Source: Candidatus Cryptobacteroides sp. (GTDB lineage: Bacteria > Bacteroidota > Bacteroidia > Bacteroidales > UBA932). Taken from it: DNA of 64,000 nt. The position numbers and the translations under genes were made by a program. This document shows positions 19,680 to 29,484 of this stretch, piece by piece (within the stretch, counting starts at the first letter, position 1; the number at the start of each line of letters is the position of its first letter). The DNA is taken from assembly GCA_045126075.1 (NCBI GenBank), contig JBGVNX010000010.1, positions 45,009-109,008 of the forward strand, written 5' to 3'. The notes beneath the pieces were generated by a model. It did no database searches. It had not been told where the DNA came from and saw nothing but the letters and a program-made list of their open reading frames with translations.

Positions 19680-20984
19680 CTAGTTGAAAAAATTGAGCGG
19701 AGATGCACCTGAAGGAGCAGCCGGTTCATCATCGGCCTCATCCTCAAGACCTTCATAGTCCTCACCCTCAAGGAATGGCTCAGTCTCAGGATCGATGTAC
19801 GCATCAGGATCCTCGACCGGGTTAGTCACACCCTCAAGAAGAAGAGTTTCAGGATCACGAGGAACAAGGAAGAAATCAGGCATATCCGCAGGGACGAGAA
19901 TAGTCTCACCCTTCTTGAACTCATATGTCTCCATATAAGCCTCACCGTTTTCCTTGGTAGAAGGCACCTGGATCGAAGCCGCACCCTCAAGACAGATATA
20001 GATTATGAAGCTTTCGAACTTCTCGGTATAAATATGCAGAGGATCGGTAAGAGCTATCTTTGAAACGCTGAACTGAGGGCACTCCACAAGGTTCTGGATC
20101 ATCTGTCCTTCCTGACTCTCATCATGGCAATGACATTCTTCACCTTCATGGCAATGGCACTCTTCACCTTCGTGGCAATGACATTTTCCTGGTTTGCAAG
20201 GGACATAAGATGCCTCTTCACCCCAAAGCGGCCCTTTTCTATAGATACCTGGATCGAATGCGCTATAATCAATAACGTCGATAGCCTCCTCAAGATGCAT
20301 CTGACGGGCTGTCGCAGGATTGAATTCACGTCCCCAGTCATAAAGTCTGAAAGTCATGTCTGATGACTCCTGGATCTCTGCTACAAGAATTCCTCCGTCA
20401 GCAGCGTGTACTGTACCAGGTGTAATATAGATCACGTCTCCTTTCTTAGGTGTAATTACATTGAGGACCACTTCTACTGTGCCGTTGTGGCATCTGTCAT
20501 AGAACTCCTGTGCTGTGATGTCACGGTTGAAGCCGCAATACATCTTAGCACCCGGCTTGGCGTCCATAATATACCAGATCTCAGCCTTTCCAAGAGAGTC
20601 ATATCTCTCTGCCGCAACCTCATCATCCGGATGTACCTGCACGGAAAGTTTGTCATTTATATCAAGGAACTTGATCAGCAGAGGGAACTGTCTTCCATAA
20701 TAATTATATACATTCTCTCCGACTATACGCTCCAGGTATGTTTCCATAAGCTCGCTGATGGTATTTCCTGCAAGCCATCCGTTCTCTACTACAGAGTCCT
20801 CGATTCCCATGTCGGCAAGCTCCCAACTCTCTCCAATAAGCACATCTGTACCAAGTAAATGCTCATTACCGTCTTCATCCACTTCGACGAAATTCTTGCC
20901 CAACTGAGCCACAAGATCACTACCACCCCATGGCCTTCTGGATGCGACAGGAATAAATTTGAAAGGATATAACTTCTTTTCCAT
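19680..20984 (-). CDS. manA: Class I mannose-6-phosphate isomerase with His/Cys insert and acidic tail
   Basis: GESWE, FPLLIK, LSVQVHPDD, GKAEIW, PGTVHA, EIQESSD, RLYDW. Confidence 0.9.
   Translation of the reverse strand: MEKKLYPFKFIPVASRRPWGGSDLVAQLGKNFVEVDEDGNEHLLGTDVLIGESWELADMGIEDSVVENGWLAGNTISELMETYLERIVGENVYNYYGRQFPLLIKFLDINDKLSVQVHPDDEVAAERYDSLGKAEIWYIMDAKPGAKMYCGFNRDITAQEFYDRCHNGTVEVVLNVITPKKGDVIYITPGTVHAADGGILVAEIQESSDMTFRLYDWGREFNPATARQMHLEEAIDVIDYSAFDPGIYRKGPLWGEEASYVPCKPGKCHCHEGEECHCHEGEECHCHDESQEGQMIQNLVECPQFSVSKIALTDPLHIYTEKFESFIIYICLEGAASIQVPSTKENGEAYMETYEFKKGETILVPADMPDFFLVPRDPETLLLEGVTNPVEDPDAYIDPETEPFLEGEDYEGLEDEADDEPAAPSGASPLNFFN
20125..20184. repeat. 24-bp tandem repeat (2.5 copies) encoding (CHCHEGEE)n inside manA
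   Basis: tggcaatgacattcttcaccttca / tggcaatggcactcttcaccttcg / tggcaatgacat. Confidence 0.9.
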
Positions 20985-20997
20985 ATATAATTTAAAA

Positions 20998-23016
20998 TTA
21001 CTTCATCATCAATAGAATCCTGCTGACCATCGCCCTGTCAATACTCTTGATATTGTCGCCGATCTCCGAATAAGGAGCTATATCCCTATGACGGAATCTC
21101 TCCTTAAAGGCCTGGTGTTCAGCCTGAGCCGCTGCAGATACAGCAGCATCACCGCTTGCTGCCTCTGCAAACATTCTCTTCCTGATCTCAGCAGGAACAG
21201 CAGAATATCCGCTCAGCAGTCTTTCAATATTCCACCTGTTATGTTCAATATAGGCCAGAGTCTGAATTTCCTCTTCTGACAGAGGATGCATAAGGTCTGG
21301 ATTCTCACCTCTTACCGACCTCAACTTAGTCTCGAATGAATTGGCAGCATATAAGTTAGACAGTTGGAAGGCATATTTAAGTCCGAACCATGATGGCAAC
21401 AAAGCCTCATCTGCAGGCATTTCCACAGCATCAGGATGACTATATATATAATCCACCCTTCTGGCACGGGCAAGACGTGTCTGAAGCCATGCGTCAAAAC
21501 AGTCTGCCTTGAATCCGAACGGAAATACTGACTGATATCTGTCTGTCATTCGAGCGTATTCCATCACCTCTCCGCTGAAAGGCTGGTATACAAACACAGG
21601 AATCCTTGACTCATAAATTTCATCCGGAAGACACATCGATGCAGCCACATTGCTTTCTGAAGAATGTCCGCACACAACTACGGTCAGCTGCTCCTTACCG
21701 TTCACATGCCTTGATGCAGACTCCCTCAGCATTGTCCTGACCGGTTCAGACTCTATGCCGGCATCCACAAACTCCCACTCTATGTCAAGGAAGCCCTTCG
21801 GATCGTCCGCTCCACCGTCAGAAAGATACTCGGTCTTGGGATAAAATGCAGTCACGGTCTTTCCCCCGTCCTTATCGAATGATATCAGGGAATGATATGA
21901 GAGATCCATCAATGTAGAATAACGTCCTTTGAAATAATCCATTTCCTGACGTATATTCTCCATTACAAAAGTGATCCTGGTCCTGATTCCTTTTGTACGG
22001 AAATTAGGGAAATGACAGATATGTGCAGCTGTAGTGGCCATTGCCGAAGCGACCTGTGTCATACCGTATATGACTATATGGACCTGTTTATCACTTTCTG
22101 CATCGATTCCAGATCCATCAAGAGCCGGATAATTTATCATCGGGTTATAGGCCCTTGAAACAATCACTCTCTGGGCCAGATTTTCAATGGCATTTATGAC
22201 TGTAATGCGTAATGTCTCAGTGGATGCCGGTTCATTCTTTCCAAGAAAAGAACGCACGGAAGACATCCTCTCCAGAACAAGATAGCAATCAGCACCGGTG
22301 CCGGCGAAAGTCAAGGATGTGAGCAGGTTGAGGGTTTCAAGATTTCTGGCATCATGGTACGCCTCTCCATCTTCACCCAGAACATATATGCTTTTGGCAC
22401 GGGAGACACAAAGGTTCTCACATGATTGCATCTGTGTCCTGTCACCGTAAAGGACATATACATTCCTAAAGAATTTCTCTGACAGGACTGCATAAATCCT
22501 ATCACGTACAGACTCTACATCACCATCAGTCAGAATGACATAATCACGACCTTCATTCCTATTGTCTGAAGTCAAGGCCACCAATACGGTCTCAAGCATC
22601 GAGTTGGCACCAAAGAAGACGATGTGTCCGTCAAACGGATAGGTCATACGTCCTTTATTGACCTTTTCTATCCTTCTGTCAAGCCAGTTGCCTATAGAGT
22701 TGATAAGGAATGATGTAAAGAGAACAGCTCCTACTATTGTTATGAACAGCTGGAAGCATATGACAAGGATATCTCCTCCAGCGTATTCATGACTGCTGAC
22801 AAAGGCTCCCGGGTCCAGGATGAGTTCCAGGATCCTGATCTGCCATGGATAATCAGCCACACCCGGACTCAAGGCAATCCTGCAGCATCTGGAAACGACG
22901 CACAGCAACAGATAAATGACCAATATAAGTCCTACAAGCAATAGGATCTGGCCATAACTTCCCTTATACAGGATTCTATCAAAAACCTGCAGTATCTTTT
23001 TCTTTAAACGGCTCAT
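20998..23016 (-). CDS. Putative CASTOR/POLLUX-like cation channel: TM-pore-TM, RCK/Rossmann domains, C-terminal RyR-like domain
   Basis: Two hydrophobic helices flanking LDPG; GHIVFFG Rossmann strand; HIVIYGM; C-terminal LAYIEHNRWNIERLLSGY...H.DIAPY..I. Confidence 0.7.
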   Translation of the reverse strand: MSRLKKKILQVFDRILYKGSYGQILLLVGLILVIYLLLCVVSRCCRIALSPGVADYPWQIRILELILDPGAFVSSHEYAGGDILVICFQLFITIVGAVLFTSFLINSIGNWLDRRIEKVNKGRMTYPFDGHIVFFGANSMLETVLVALTSDNRNEGRDYVILTDGDVESVRDRIYAVLSEKFFRNVYVLYGDRTQMQSCENLCVSRAKSIYVLGEDGEAYHDARNLETLNLLTSLTFAGTGADCYLVLERMSSVRSFLGKNEPASTETLRITVINAIENLAQRVIVSRAYNPMINYPALDGSGIDAESDKQVHIVIYGMTQVASAMATTAAHICHFPNFRTKGIRTRITFVMENIRQEMDYFKGRYSTLMDLSYHSLISFDKDGGKTVTAFYPKTEYLSDGGADDPKGFLDIEWEFVDAGIESEPVRTMLRESASRHVNGKEQLTVVVCGHSSESNVAASMCLPDEIYESRIPVFVYQPFSGEVMEYARMTDRYQSVFPFGFKADCFDAWLQTRLARARRVDYIYSHPDAVEMPADEALLPSWFGLKYAFQLSNLYAANSFETKLRSVRGENPDLMHPLSEEEIQTLAYIEHNRWNIERLLSGYSAVPAEIRKRMFAEAASGDAAVSAAAQAEHQAFKERFRHRDIAPYSEIGDNIKSIDRAMVSRILLMMK

Positions 23017-23309
23017 CTGGTGATCTGGTATCCTAATGACATTATGAGTTTGAGTGTCTGGACAGCTGTGTTTCTGTCATAATCCTTTTCTTCCTCGCTC
23101 AGTTCCTCATAAGGGACCAGACACGGATGCTGCTTCAAGGCATCATTCCTTTCCTCTCCCAAGACCCAACCATCCTCCAGACGGCCGGCGGCCCAAACCT
23201 CATGAACATTCCTGGCAAGTGCCTCAACGAGAGTCTCCATACCCTCCGGCAGACTTATGTTCGAAGTATCCGAAGGACGTGGAATATATTCAGACTTATT
23301 CATCAGCAT
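23013..23309 (-). CDS. Stand-alone RyR (ryanodine receptor repeat) domain protein
   Basis: LARNVHEVWA..RLEDGW..G..RND..KQHPCLVPYEELSEEEKDYDR is the RyR repeat signature. Confidence 0.92.
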   Translation of the reverse strand: MLMNKSEYIPRPSDTSNISLPEGMETLVEALARNVHEVWAAGRLEDGWVLGEERNDALKQHPCLVPYEELSEEEKDYDRNTAVQTLKLIMSLGYQITR

Positions 23310-23318
23310 TATTTTTTA

Positions 23319-23358
23319 CAAAATTATAAAAATTATCAAATTTAAATCAGTATATTTG
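23319..23358. promoter_or_regulatory. Divergent pair of -7 promoter elements
   Basis: TAATTTTG on minus (23319-23326) and TATATTTG on plus (23351-23358) in an AT-rich 74-bp gap. Confidence 0.6.
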
Positions 23359-23383
23359 ACCAAAATAATTAAACACTATCACT

Positions 23384-24064
23384 ATGAAAAAGATTTTTAC
23401 ACTTATCTGCGTTCTTGCTTTCGCTTGCAACGCATTCGCTCAGGAAGAAAAGGCGGAACTTGTAAAGCCTATGTCTCCAAGCGTAGCAGCTCTTCAGACA
23501 GGAGCAGCTCTTGCACAGTACGGCTATGACAACTTCTCAGCAACAGCTCTCGTTGAGGCTGCAAGAATCCTCGGCACAACAGCAACAGAGGCTGTAGAGT
23601 TCACAAGAAGCGGAGAAGTCGCAGCTGATGAGGCTGTCAAGGAAACAGGCGTAGCATATGATCCGGCACAGCTTCTTGCTGACGCAAAGAAGTTCGCAGG
23701 AAAGGACAAGACAGTCCTCGCATTGATCAAGAAGGCTGAGAAGGACATCCAGGCTGCCGATGGTCAGACAAGAGGTGTTGTAGGAGGTGCAAAGAGTATG
23801 ACTGCAAGAGTATCAGCTAACTCAAGCAACACATACGTAGAGAGATTCTGGGGTGGAGAAGCTGCTGAAGTAATCGTTTACGGTGACGGCGACACAGACC
23901 TCGACCTTTACATCTATGACGAGAACTGGAACCTCATCACAAGTGACACTGACTACACTGACATCTGCATCTGCCGCTGGAATCCGATCTGGACAGGTAA
24001 CTTCTACATGAAGGTTGTCAACAGAGGTAACGTATACAACGAGTTCGTAATCGCAACTAACTAA
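23384..24064 (+). CDS. Secreted protein: helical N-region, TRG linker, PPC-like beta-sandwich
   Basis: Signal peptide AFA|QE; GDGDTDLDLYIYD motif typical of pre-peptidase C-terminal-like domains. Confidence 0.65.
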   Translation: MKKIFTLICVLAFACNAFAQEEKAELVKPMSPSVAALQTGAALAQYGYDNFSATALVEAARILGTTATEAVEFTRSGEVAADEAVKETGVAYDPAQLLADAKKFAGKDKTVLALIKKAEKDIQAADGQTRGVVGGAKSMTARVSANSSNTYVERFWGGEAAEVIVYGDGDTDLDLYIYDENWNLITSDTDYTDICICRWNPIWTGNFYMKVVNRGNVYNEFVIATN

Positions 24065-24094
24065 AAGACATACCAAATTTCATATTTGAAACTG

Positions 24095-24125
24095 ATGGAG
24101 CTGGTACATGCCAGCTCCATTCTTT
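24095..24125 (+). terminator. Hairpin after the 23384 gene
   Basis: ATGGAGCTGG-N6-CCAGCTCCAT followed by TCTTT. Confidence 0.55.
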
Positions 24126-24137
24126 AACAGCTGATCT

Positions 24138-25325
24138 ATGAGAAGATTCCTGATTATCGTCGCTCTTATCTCCATGAGCATTCTTGCCTCAGCACAAGGC
24201 AACTCCAAAGGAGGATCACACAAAGGCTACACCACTCCATACACAGAACAGTATCAGCAGCCGTCAAGATGGTCAGGCTCTGGTATCGCCATCGGAAACA
24301 GGCATGTAGCCACAAATCATCATGTAATTGAAGGAGCGACCCACCTGTACATTTCACATTCAGGCTCAGAAGAGACATTCAAGGCAGAAGTCGTAACATA
24401 TGATGAAGCTCACGACCTGGCCATCATCAAGATTACAGATGAAAACTTCAGCGGCTTCGGGACCATGAAATATGGTTTCAAAAAAGACACTGAAGACGTC
24501 GGCATGGGAGTGTTCGTACTCGGTTATCCTATGGTACAGACCATGGGAACTGAAATCAAGTTGACCACGGGTGTCGTAAGTTCATTGAGCGGATTTCAGG
24601 GAAGCAAGTCGGAATATCAGATTTCAGCTCCGGTACAGCAGGGTAACAGCGGTGGTCCGCTGTTCAATGACAACGGCGAACTCATAGGTATCATCAGCGC
24701 CAAGCATGCAGAAGCAGAGAATGTGAGCTATGGCGTAAAACTGACTCACCTTTATGAACTTGCCGAAGGAGTCAGCGGAGTGACAATGAACAAGACCACA
24801 CAGATAGCAAGCCTCAGCCTCAGCGATAAATGCAAGGCTGCTATTCCATTCACAGTGAGGATTTCTGCAGATAACGAAAGGACAGTTGAGCCTGCACAGA
24901 GCCAGGCGCGTCCGGAGACCGCCCCGTCACAGTCAAGGCCTTCGGTTAGTGGCAGCGGAACATATCCTGTAAGGGTGAACATGCCTGCAGTCACAGGAGG
25001 ATGCAGTGACGACGCGACATACATCATGGGTGTGGAACTCACAGAAAGATACACTGCACTTTACATGCAGATAACCAACCGTCAGTATCAGAGCGGCGGT
25101 TTCTCGGTCAATGAGAATATATGCATATCAGTGCCTTCAACAGGAGCGAAGTACAGACTTACTTCAACTGACGGATGCGCCATCTCTCCTGACGTGACGG
25201 AAGTTCCGTATGGCCAGAGCGTCAGCTTTATCCTTTATTTCGAACCTGTTCCTGCAAGCACCTCAAGCTTCGACTTAGTGGAACCAGGAGACAATGCATG
25301 GAAATTCTACGGAATTCAGCTATAA
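24138..25325 (+). CDS. Secreted trypsin-like (S1C) serine protease with C-terminal beta-domain
   Basis: Signal peptide ASA|Q; triad ATNHHV / DLAII / GNSGGPL; no PDZ domain. Confidence 0.88.
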   Translation: MRRFLIIVALISMSILASAQGNSKGGSHKGYTTPYTEQYQQPSRWSGSGIAIGNRHVATNHHVIEGATHLYISHSGSEETFKAEVVTYDEAHDLAIIKITDENFSGFGTMKYGFKKDTEDVGMGVFVLGYPMVQTMGTEIKLTTGVVSSLSGFQGSKSEYQISAPVQQGNSGGPLFNDNGELIGIISAKHAEAENVSYGVKLTHLYELAEGVSGVTMNKTTQIASLSLSDKCKAAIPFTVRISADNERTVEPAQSQARPETAPSQSRPSVSGSGTYPVRVNMPAVTGGCSDDATYIMGVELTERYTALYMQITNRQYQSGGFSVNENICISVPSTGAKYRLTSTDGCAISPDVTEVPYGQSVSFILYFEPVPASTSSFDLVEPGDNAWKFYGIQL

Positions 25326-25330
25326 AAGAA

Positions 25331-26872
25331 ATGGACAGGACAGTCTTGATAGCGGGCACGCACCCAATGCTTGAAGACATAGCCAGGCAATATGCGGTAC
25401 ATAATTGGAAGCCAGAGTTCAAAAAATCTCTGGCTGAAGCCTGTGATTGTCCTGACGAGATCTTCATAGCCACAGAATGTGGCCTGGAAGGTCGTTTTAC
25501 AGAAGACAGCCATAACCTCAATGCTGTACGCAGGATCTGCAGTGGCCTTGAGGGCAAACGTGTAAGATGCCACATCCTGCTGCACAGCAGCGATACACTT
25601 GCCCTGTTCCAGACTCAGGATCCTTGCTCGGACATAAGAGACAAGGTTGATATCATACCGTTCACCCTGGAAACTCTATGGGCTCAGAAGATATTCACCG
25701 GCATTCCAGGAGAACAGCTGCAGTTCCCGCCAATGGACAGGGAACTTATAAGCCGCCAATCAGACCGCACGGTGCACATCGTGATGTTCGGGATGAACAG
25801 CATGACTGAGACCCTGGCCCGTCATGCAGCCCTCACATGCCACTATCCCGATTACTGCAGAGACCACTCGCTCCGCACCCGCATCACTCTGGTGGATGAA
25901 GACATGAAATCGAAGATGAACGGATTCATCAACCGTCATCAGGCACTGTTCGACAACAGCTTCTATCGTCTCATCGATCTTGACAGACAGGGCGGCAGTG
26001 CCGTATCATTAAGGCATGCTCCTATATATGACGGAATCCGTGAAGATTTTGTGGACATCGAATGGGAATTCGTCCATGGCAGTATGCACGACATCGTACT
26101 CAGGGACAAGCTTTCTTCATGGGCATCATCACAGAAGCAGGACCTCACCGTATTCCTGAACCACGACAGCGACGACAGGAACATCAATGACTTCATGCAG
26201 ATGCCTCGTAGCCTTGCTGACAATGGAGTAAGCATCATTGTCAGGACCTGCAGCAACGGTTCTCAAGCCATGTATACCGGACGCAGGAATGTATGGACAT
26301 ATGGTCAGCATGAGAATATTTACGACATAACCACCCCGCTGATCAGTCTGGCCAAGATGGTCAACCATGTCTACGACTGCTGTTACAATGACAATTTCTC
26401 GGAAGTTAGTCATGAGGATAATGTTTACGCCCCGGTATCGATAGATATAGCTGAGGCAGAAGCATCATGGAACAGACTGCCTGCAGACAAAAGATGGTCA
26501 AGCATCCACAATGCCATGACAATTCCTGTCAAGATGCGTAGTCTGGGGCATGACGTATCTGACTGGAACACATTCTATAGTCTCTCATCAAGAGAGATAT
26601 CGACACTTGCAGAAACAGAACATAACAGGTGGAATATCGAGACCCTGATGATGGGTTACATTCCTGTGACCGAACAGCAGGAAAAGGAAATTGAAAGCGA
26701 CATAAGTCTGAAGAGTTCCTACAAGAAGAACTTCATACATTATGACCTTAGAGCCTACAAGGATCTCCGTGCAGATGCCACAGGAAAGAGAGTCGACATC
26801 TACGATATCTGCCTTTCTGCATCCATACCATTGATTGCCAGCACATTCATAAAGGAGAGGTCACATGAGTAA
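25331..26872 (+). CDS. Soluble RCK/Rossmann + RyR-like protein, paralog of 20998-23016 without TM
   Basis: Shared blocks HIV.[FY]GM, CH[FY]P, RTRIT, DIEWEFV, EHNRWNIE; start at MDRTVL. Confidence 0.75.
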   Translation: MDRTVLIAGTHPMLEDIARQYAVHNWKPEFKKSLAEACDCPDEIFIATECGLEGRFTEDSHNLNAVRRICSGLEGKRVRCHILLHSSDTLALFQTQDPCSDIRDKVDIIPFTLETLWAQKIFTGIPGEQLQFPPMDRELISRQSDRTVHIVMFGMNSMTETLARHAALTCHYPDYCRDHSLRTRITLVDEDMKSKMNGFINRHQALFDNSFYRLIDLDRQGGSAVSLRHAPIYDGIREDFVDIEWEFVHGSMHDIVLRDKLSSWASSQKQDLTVFLNHDSDDRNINDFMQMPRSLADNGVSIIVRTCSNGSQAMYTGRRNVWTYGQHENIYDITTPLISLAKMVNHVYDCCYNDNFSEVSHEDNVYAPVSIDIAEAEASWNRLPADKRWSSIHNAMTIPVKMRSLGHDVSDWNTFYSLSSREISTLAETEHNRWNIETLMMGYIPVTEQQEKEIESDISLKSSYKKNFIHYDLRAYKDLRADATGKRVDIYDICLSASIPLIASTFIKERSHE

Positions 26873-28115
26873 GATGCAGTACATTTACGGAACATCCGAG
26901 GATATATCTATCGGAAGGGAAAGCTGGTGTGACATCCATATTGATGGAAATCCCGAGACCTGTCATGAGGGAACCGCATACATCGTGCGCAACTCCGACA
27001 ATAAGTCATGGCGCATAATCAGGGATGCCGACTCCTTCGGGATCAAGGTCAATGGAGAGCCCATGCACCTTGTACACTATCTTGCAGGCGGGGATAAGCT
27101 CGAGTTCGAGGGTGACAACAGGATATTCCGCTTTGCAGAGAGCAAAGACCAGGCAGCCAAACTGGCAAAGGCAGACAGGAAACTGTTAAGTCTTGTATCC
27201 GGAGCGGCTGCAATAATCGTCATCATTACGGCCGTCCTGGCCGCACTGGTAATCTGTCCTGGTCCAGAAGACGACATCAGAAGAAGCGAAGTCAGCAAAT
27301 ACGAAAATTCAGTACTGAAGATATCCGTAAGAGAGGTCTTCTATCAGGAAGTCAACATCAGGACTGGCAAGACCGACACATTGGACGTTCTCAAGTTAAG
27401 CAATGAGACTCCGAGCGGAAGCGGATTTGTAACTGCCCAGGGGCAATTCATTACCGCCCGCCATTGCGTAGAACCTTGGATAACCTACGAGAACCCCGAA
27501 ACAAGATATGATGAAGGGGACATCCTGACAAGATGGGCTGCAGATGCCGAAACATTCAACATCATGGTAGGAAGGGACTCAGTCAGCAGAAGACTCGTAA
27601 GCATATGCGAACTGTCCCGTAACGGCGAACTGCTGCATACGATATCCAGCGACACCTGCCTTTTCCACACAGAGAATGACCTCGTGAGGAACCTAAAAGG
27701 CATATCTGATCCTCTTTATTGGCGTGAACTCGGCCACATAAGAAGCAGAAGTTCACTCGGAGACATAGTATCGTTGACAACAGGATTGAAAGGCAGGATA
27801 AACCTTGCTGATGTCGACATGATTGCTGCACTTCAGGCAGATCATCCTGCAGTTCATGTGGGATACCTCAACGGACATGAAACACCAAATATAGAGCGAA
27901 GCAGGCTGTTTATCTGTCTTCAGAGAGGCAGATGCCTTGAGTTCAAGGACACTGACGTGGACAAGGGTATGTCAGGAGGTCCGGTACTGATACGACATAA
28001 AGGTAAACTCTATGCAGCTGGAGTTCTTTCCCGCATCCTCGGACAGAACAAGAGAGTATGCTTCTGCGTACCTGTAAATGAATCAGAAAATACCGTAAAG
28101 AGATGGCAAGAATAG
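26865..28115 (+). CDS. FHA-like domain - TM - trypsin-like peptidase
   Basis: SIGR..CDI and KVNG FHA motifs; one TM helix; GSGF..ITARHCV, GMSGGPV. Confidence 0.8.
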   Translation: MSKMQYIYGTSEDISIGRESWCDIHIDGNPETCHEGTAYIVRNSDNKSWRIIRDADSFGIKVNGEPMHLVHYLAGGDKLEFEGDNRIFRFAESKDQAAKLAKADRKLLSLVSGAAAIIVIITAVLAALVICPGPEDDIRRSEVSKYENSVLKISVREVFYQEVNIRTGKTDTLDVLKLSNETPSGSGFVTAQGQFITARHCVEPWITYENPETRYDEGDILTRWAADAETFNIMVGRDSVSRRLVSICELSRNGELLHTISSDTCLFHTENDLVRNLKGISDPLYWRELGHIRSRSSLGDIVSLTTGLKGRINLADVDMIAALQADHPAVHVGYLNGHETPNIERSRLFICLQRGRCLEFKDTDVDKGMSGGPVLIRHKGKLYAAGVLSRILGQNKRVCFCVPVNESENTVKRWQE

Positions 28116-28828
28116 AACAGGTTAACGACAAGGAACTCAGGAGAGCTGTGACAATAAAGCACTCTGCCCAGGCCAAGCAGGAGTATACCCTGCTCTGCTC
28201 GCTTGACTCTCCTAGGATCATCAGACCTGTCAAGCTTACAGACGACGGGCTAATCCTTCCGTACTACCCTCAAAGGGCTGCGGACGGCATTGCAGGCTAT
28301 TGCAGCGAACGTGAGGCCTGGCGATTCATAAGAGACGTCGCAGAAGGCCTTGCCTATCTGCATGACAGAGGCATAATCCACCAGGACATCAAGCCATCAA
28401 ACATACTGATCGGAGATGACGGATATGTCATCAGTGACTTCGACATGGGTACAGACCCAACTTCACACGCATTCACTCCCCCCGAATGGACTCCAAGACG
28501 CTCCGGGATAACTCAAAAGAGCGACATATGGTCATTAGGGGCATCAGTATTCACTCTGATAAATGGCTCATATCTGTTCAGCGGAAGAGGAGGTTCCGCC
28601 CAGACCGAAAGGACAGCCATTCCTGCTCTGCCTGCAAGATTCAGCAGAGAACTGAGCGATACGATAAGACAATGCCTCAGCTACAATCCTTCCGAAAGGC
28701 CGTCAGCTGAAGACCTGCACAGGCTCGGAAAGAAAATGGCAGAAGTCTCAATAGAAAAGAAAGTAGATATCAGAAAACCGGCTGACAACACTGGTGTCCA
28801 CGAAGACATCTGGCCGGAAGCAATGTAG
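28103..28828 (+). CDS. Ser/Thr protein kinase (atypical, no Gly-rich loop)
   Basis: VTIK, HQDIKPSN, DFD, PPE, SDIWSLG, P.ERPSA. Confidence 0.85.
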   Translation: MARIEQVNDKELRRAVTIKHSAQAKQEYTLLCSLDSPRIIRPVKLTDDGLILPYYPQRAADGIAGYCSEREAWRFIRDVAEGLAYLHDRGIIHQDIKPSNILIGDDGYVISDFDMGTDPTSHAFTPPEWTPRRSGITQKSDIWSLGASVFTLINGSYLFSGRGGSAQTERTAIPALPARFSRELSDTIRQCLSYNPSERPSAEDLHRLGKKMAEVSIEKKVDIRKPADNTGVHEDIWPEAM

Positions 28829-28839
28829 ATGCACATAGT

Positions 28840-29484
28840 ATGAAGAGAATCATAGCATATCTGGTCATCAGCACAGCCTGCATCTGGAGCATTCAGGGGC
28901 AGGAAAGATCCTCCATGTACGACCAATACATAAGTGAGATCTGCGGATTTGTAAACACCCTGCATCAGAACCCTTCCAGTTATGAACAGGTTTTCAAGGA
29001 ACTAAGTCAGAAGGAATATTGGAGACTGATGGAGGAATTCAATGAAAACTGCACACCCAAAAGCAGCCTGTGCTCGCTTTGGGACAAAGTGGAAATGACA
29101 GGTATCAACGACCGCGCATTCCAGGCAGAACAGAAAAGAGGCAGCATCCCTCAGTCGACAGACAACTTCTGCAGCGGCAATGAAACCAATTACAGCTACT
29201 CCTTCTTCGAGTGCAGGATACTTGCCGGCAAGAGCATCAGCAGCCAGGTCAGCTACAGGCAGGGACCTCAGCTCTTCATAGTGATGCCTTATAATCCCGG
29301 ATCAATTTCCGCAAGCCTGTATGTTGATGGCAAACCTGTATCAGGACACACAGATAAGGACGGAAATATCGTTTTTGAAATGACTGAAGCCGTCAGCACT
29401 GACGCTGTAATAGACATCACTTTAACCAACACCTCAGCTACCAACCAGTCAGCTGTAATAATCAACAACAATACAAGAAAGTGA
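28840..29484 (+). CDS. Secreted hypothetical protein (KRG linker + beta-sandwich)
   Basis: Signal peptide IQG|QE; stop overlaps the GTG start of the next CHAT gene. Confidence 0.7.
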   Translation: MKRIIAYLVISTACIWSIQGQERSSMYDQYISEICGFVNTLHQNPSSYEQVFKELSQKEYWRLMEEFNENCTPKSSLCSLWDKVEMTGINDRAFQAEQKRGSIPQSTDNFCSGNETNYSYSFFECRILAGKSISSQVSYRQGPQLFIVMPYNPGSISASLYVDGKPVSGHTDKDGNIVFEMTEAVSTDAVIDITLTNTSATNQSAVIINNNTRK

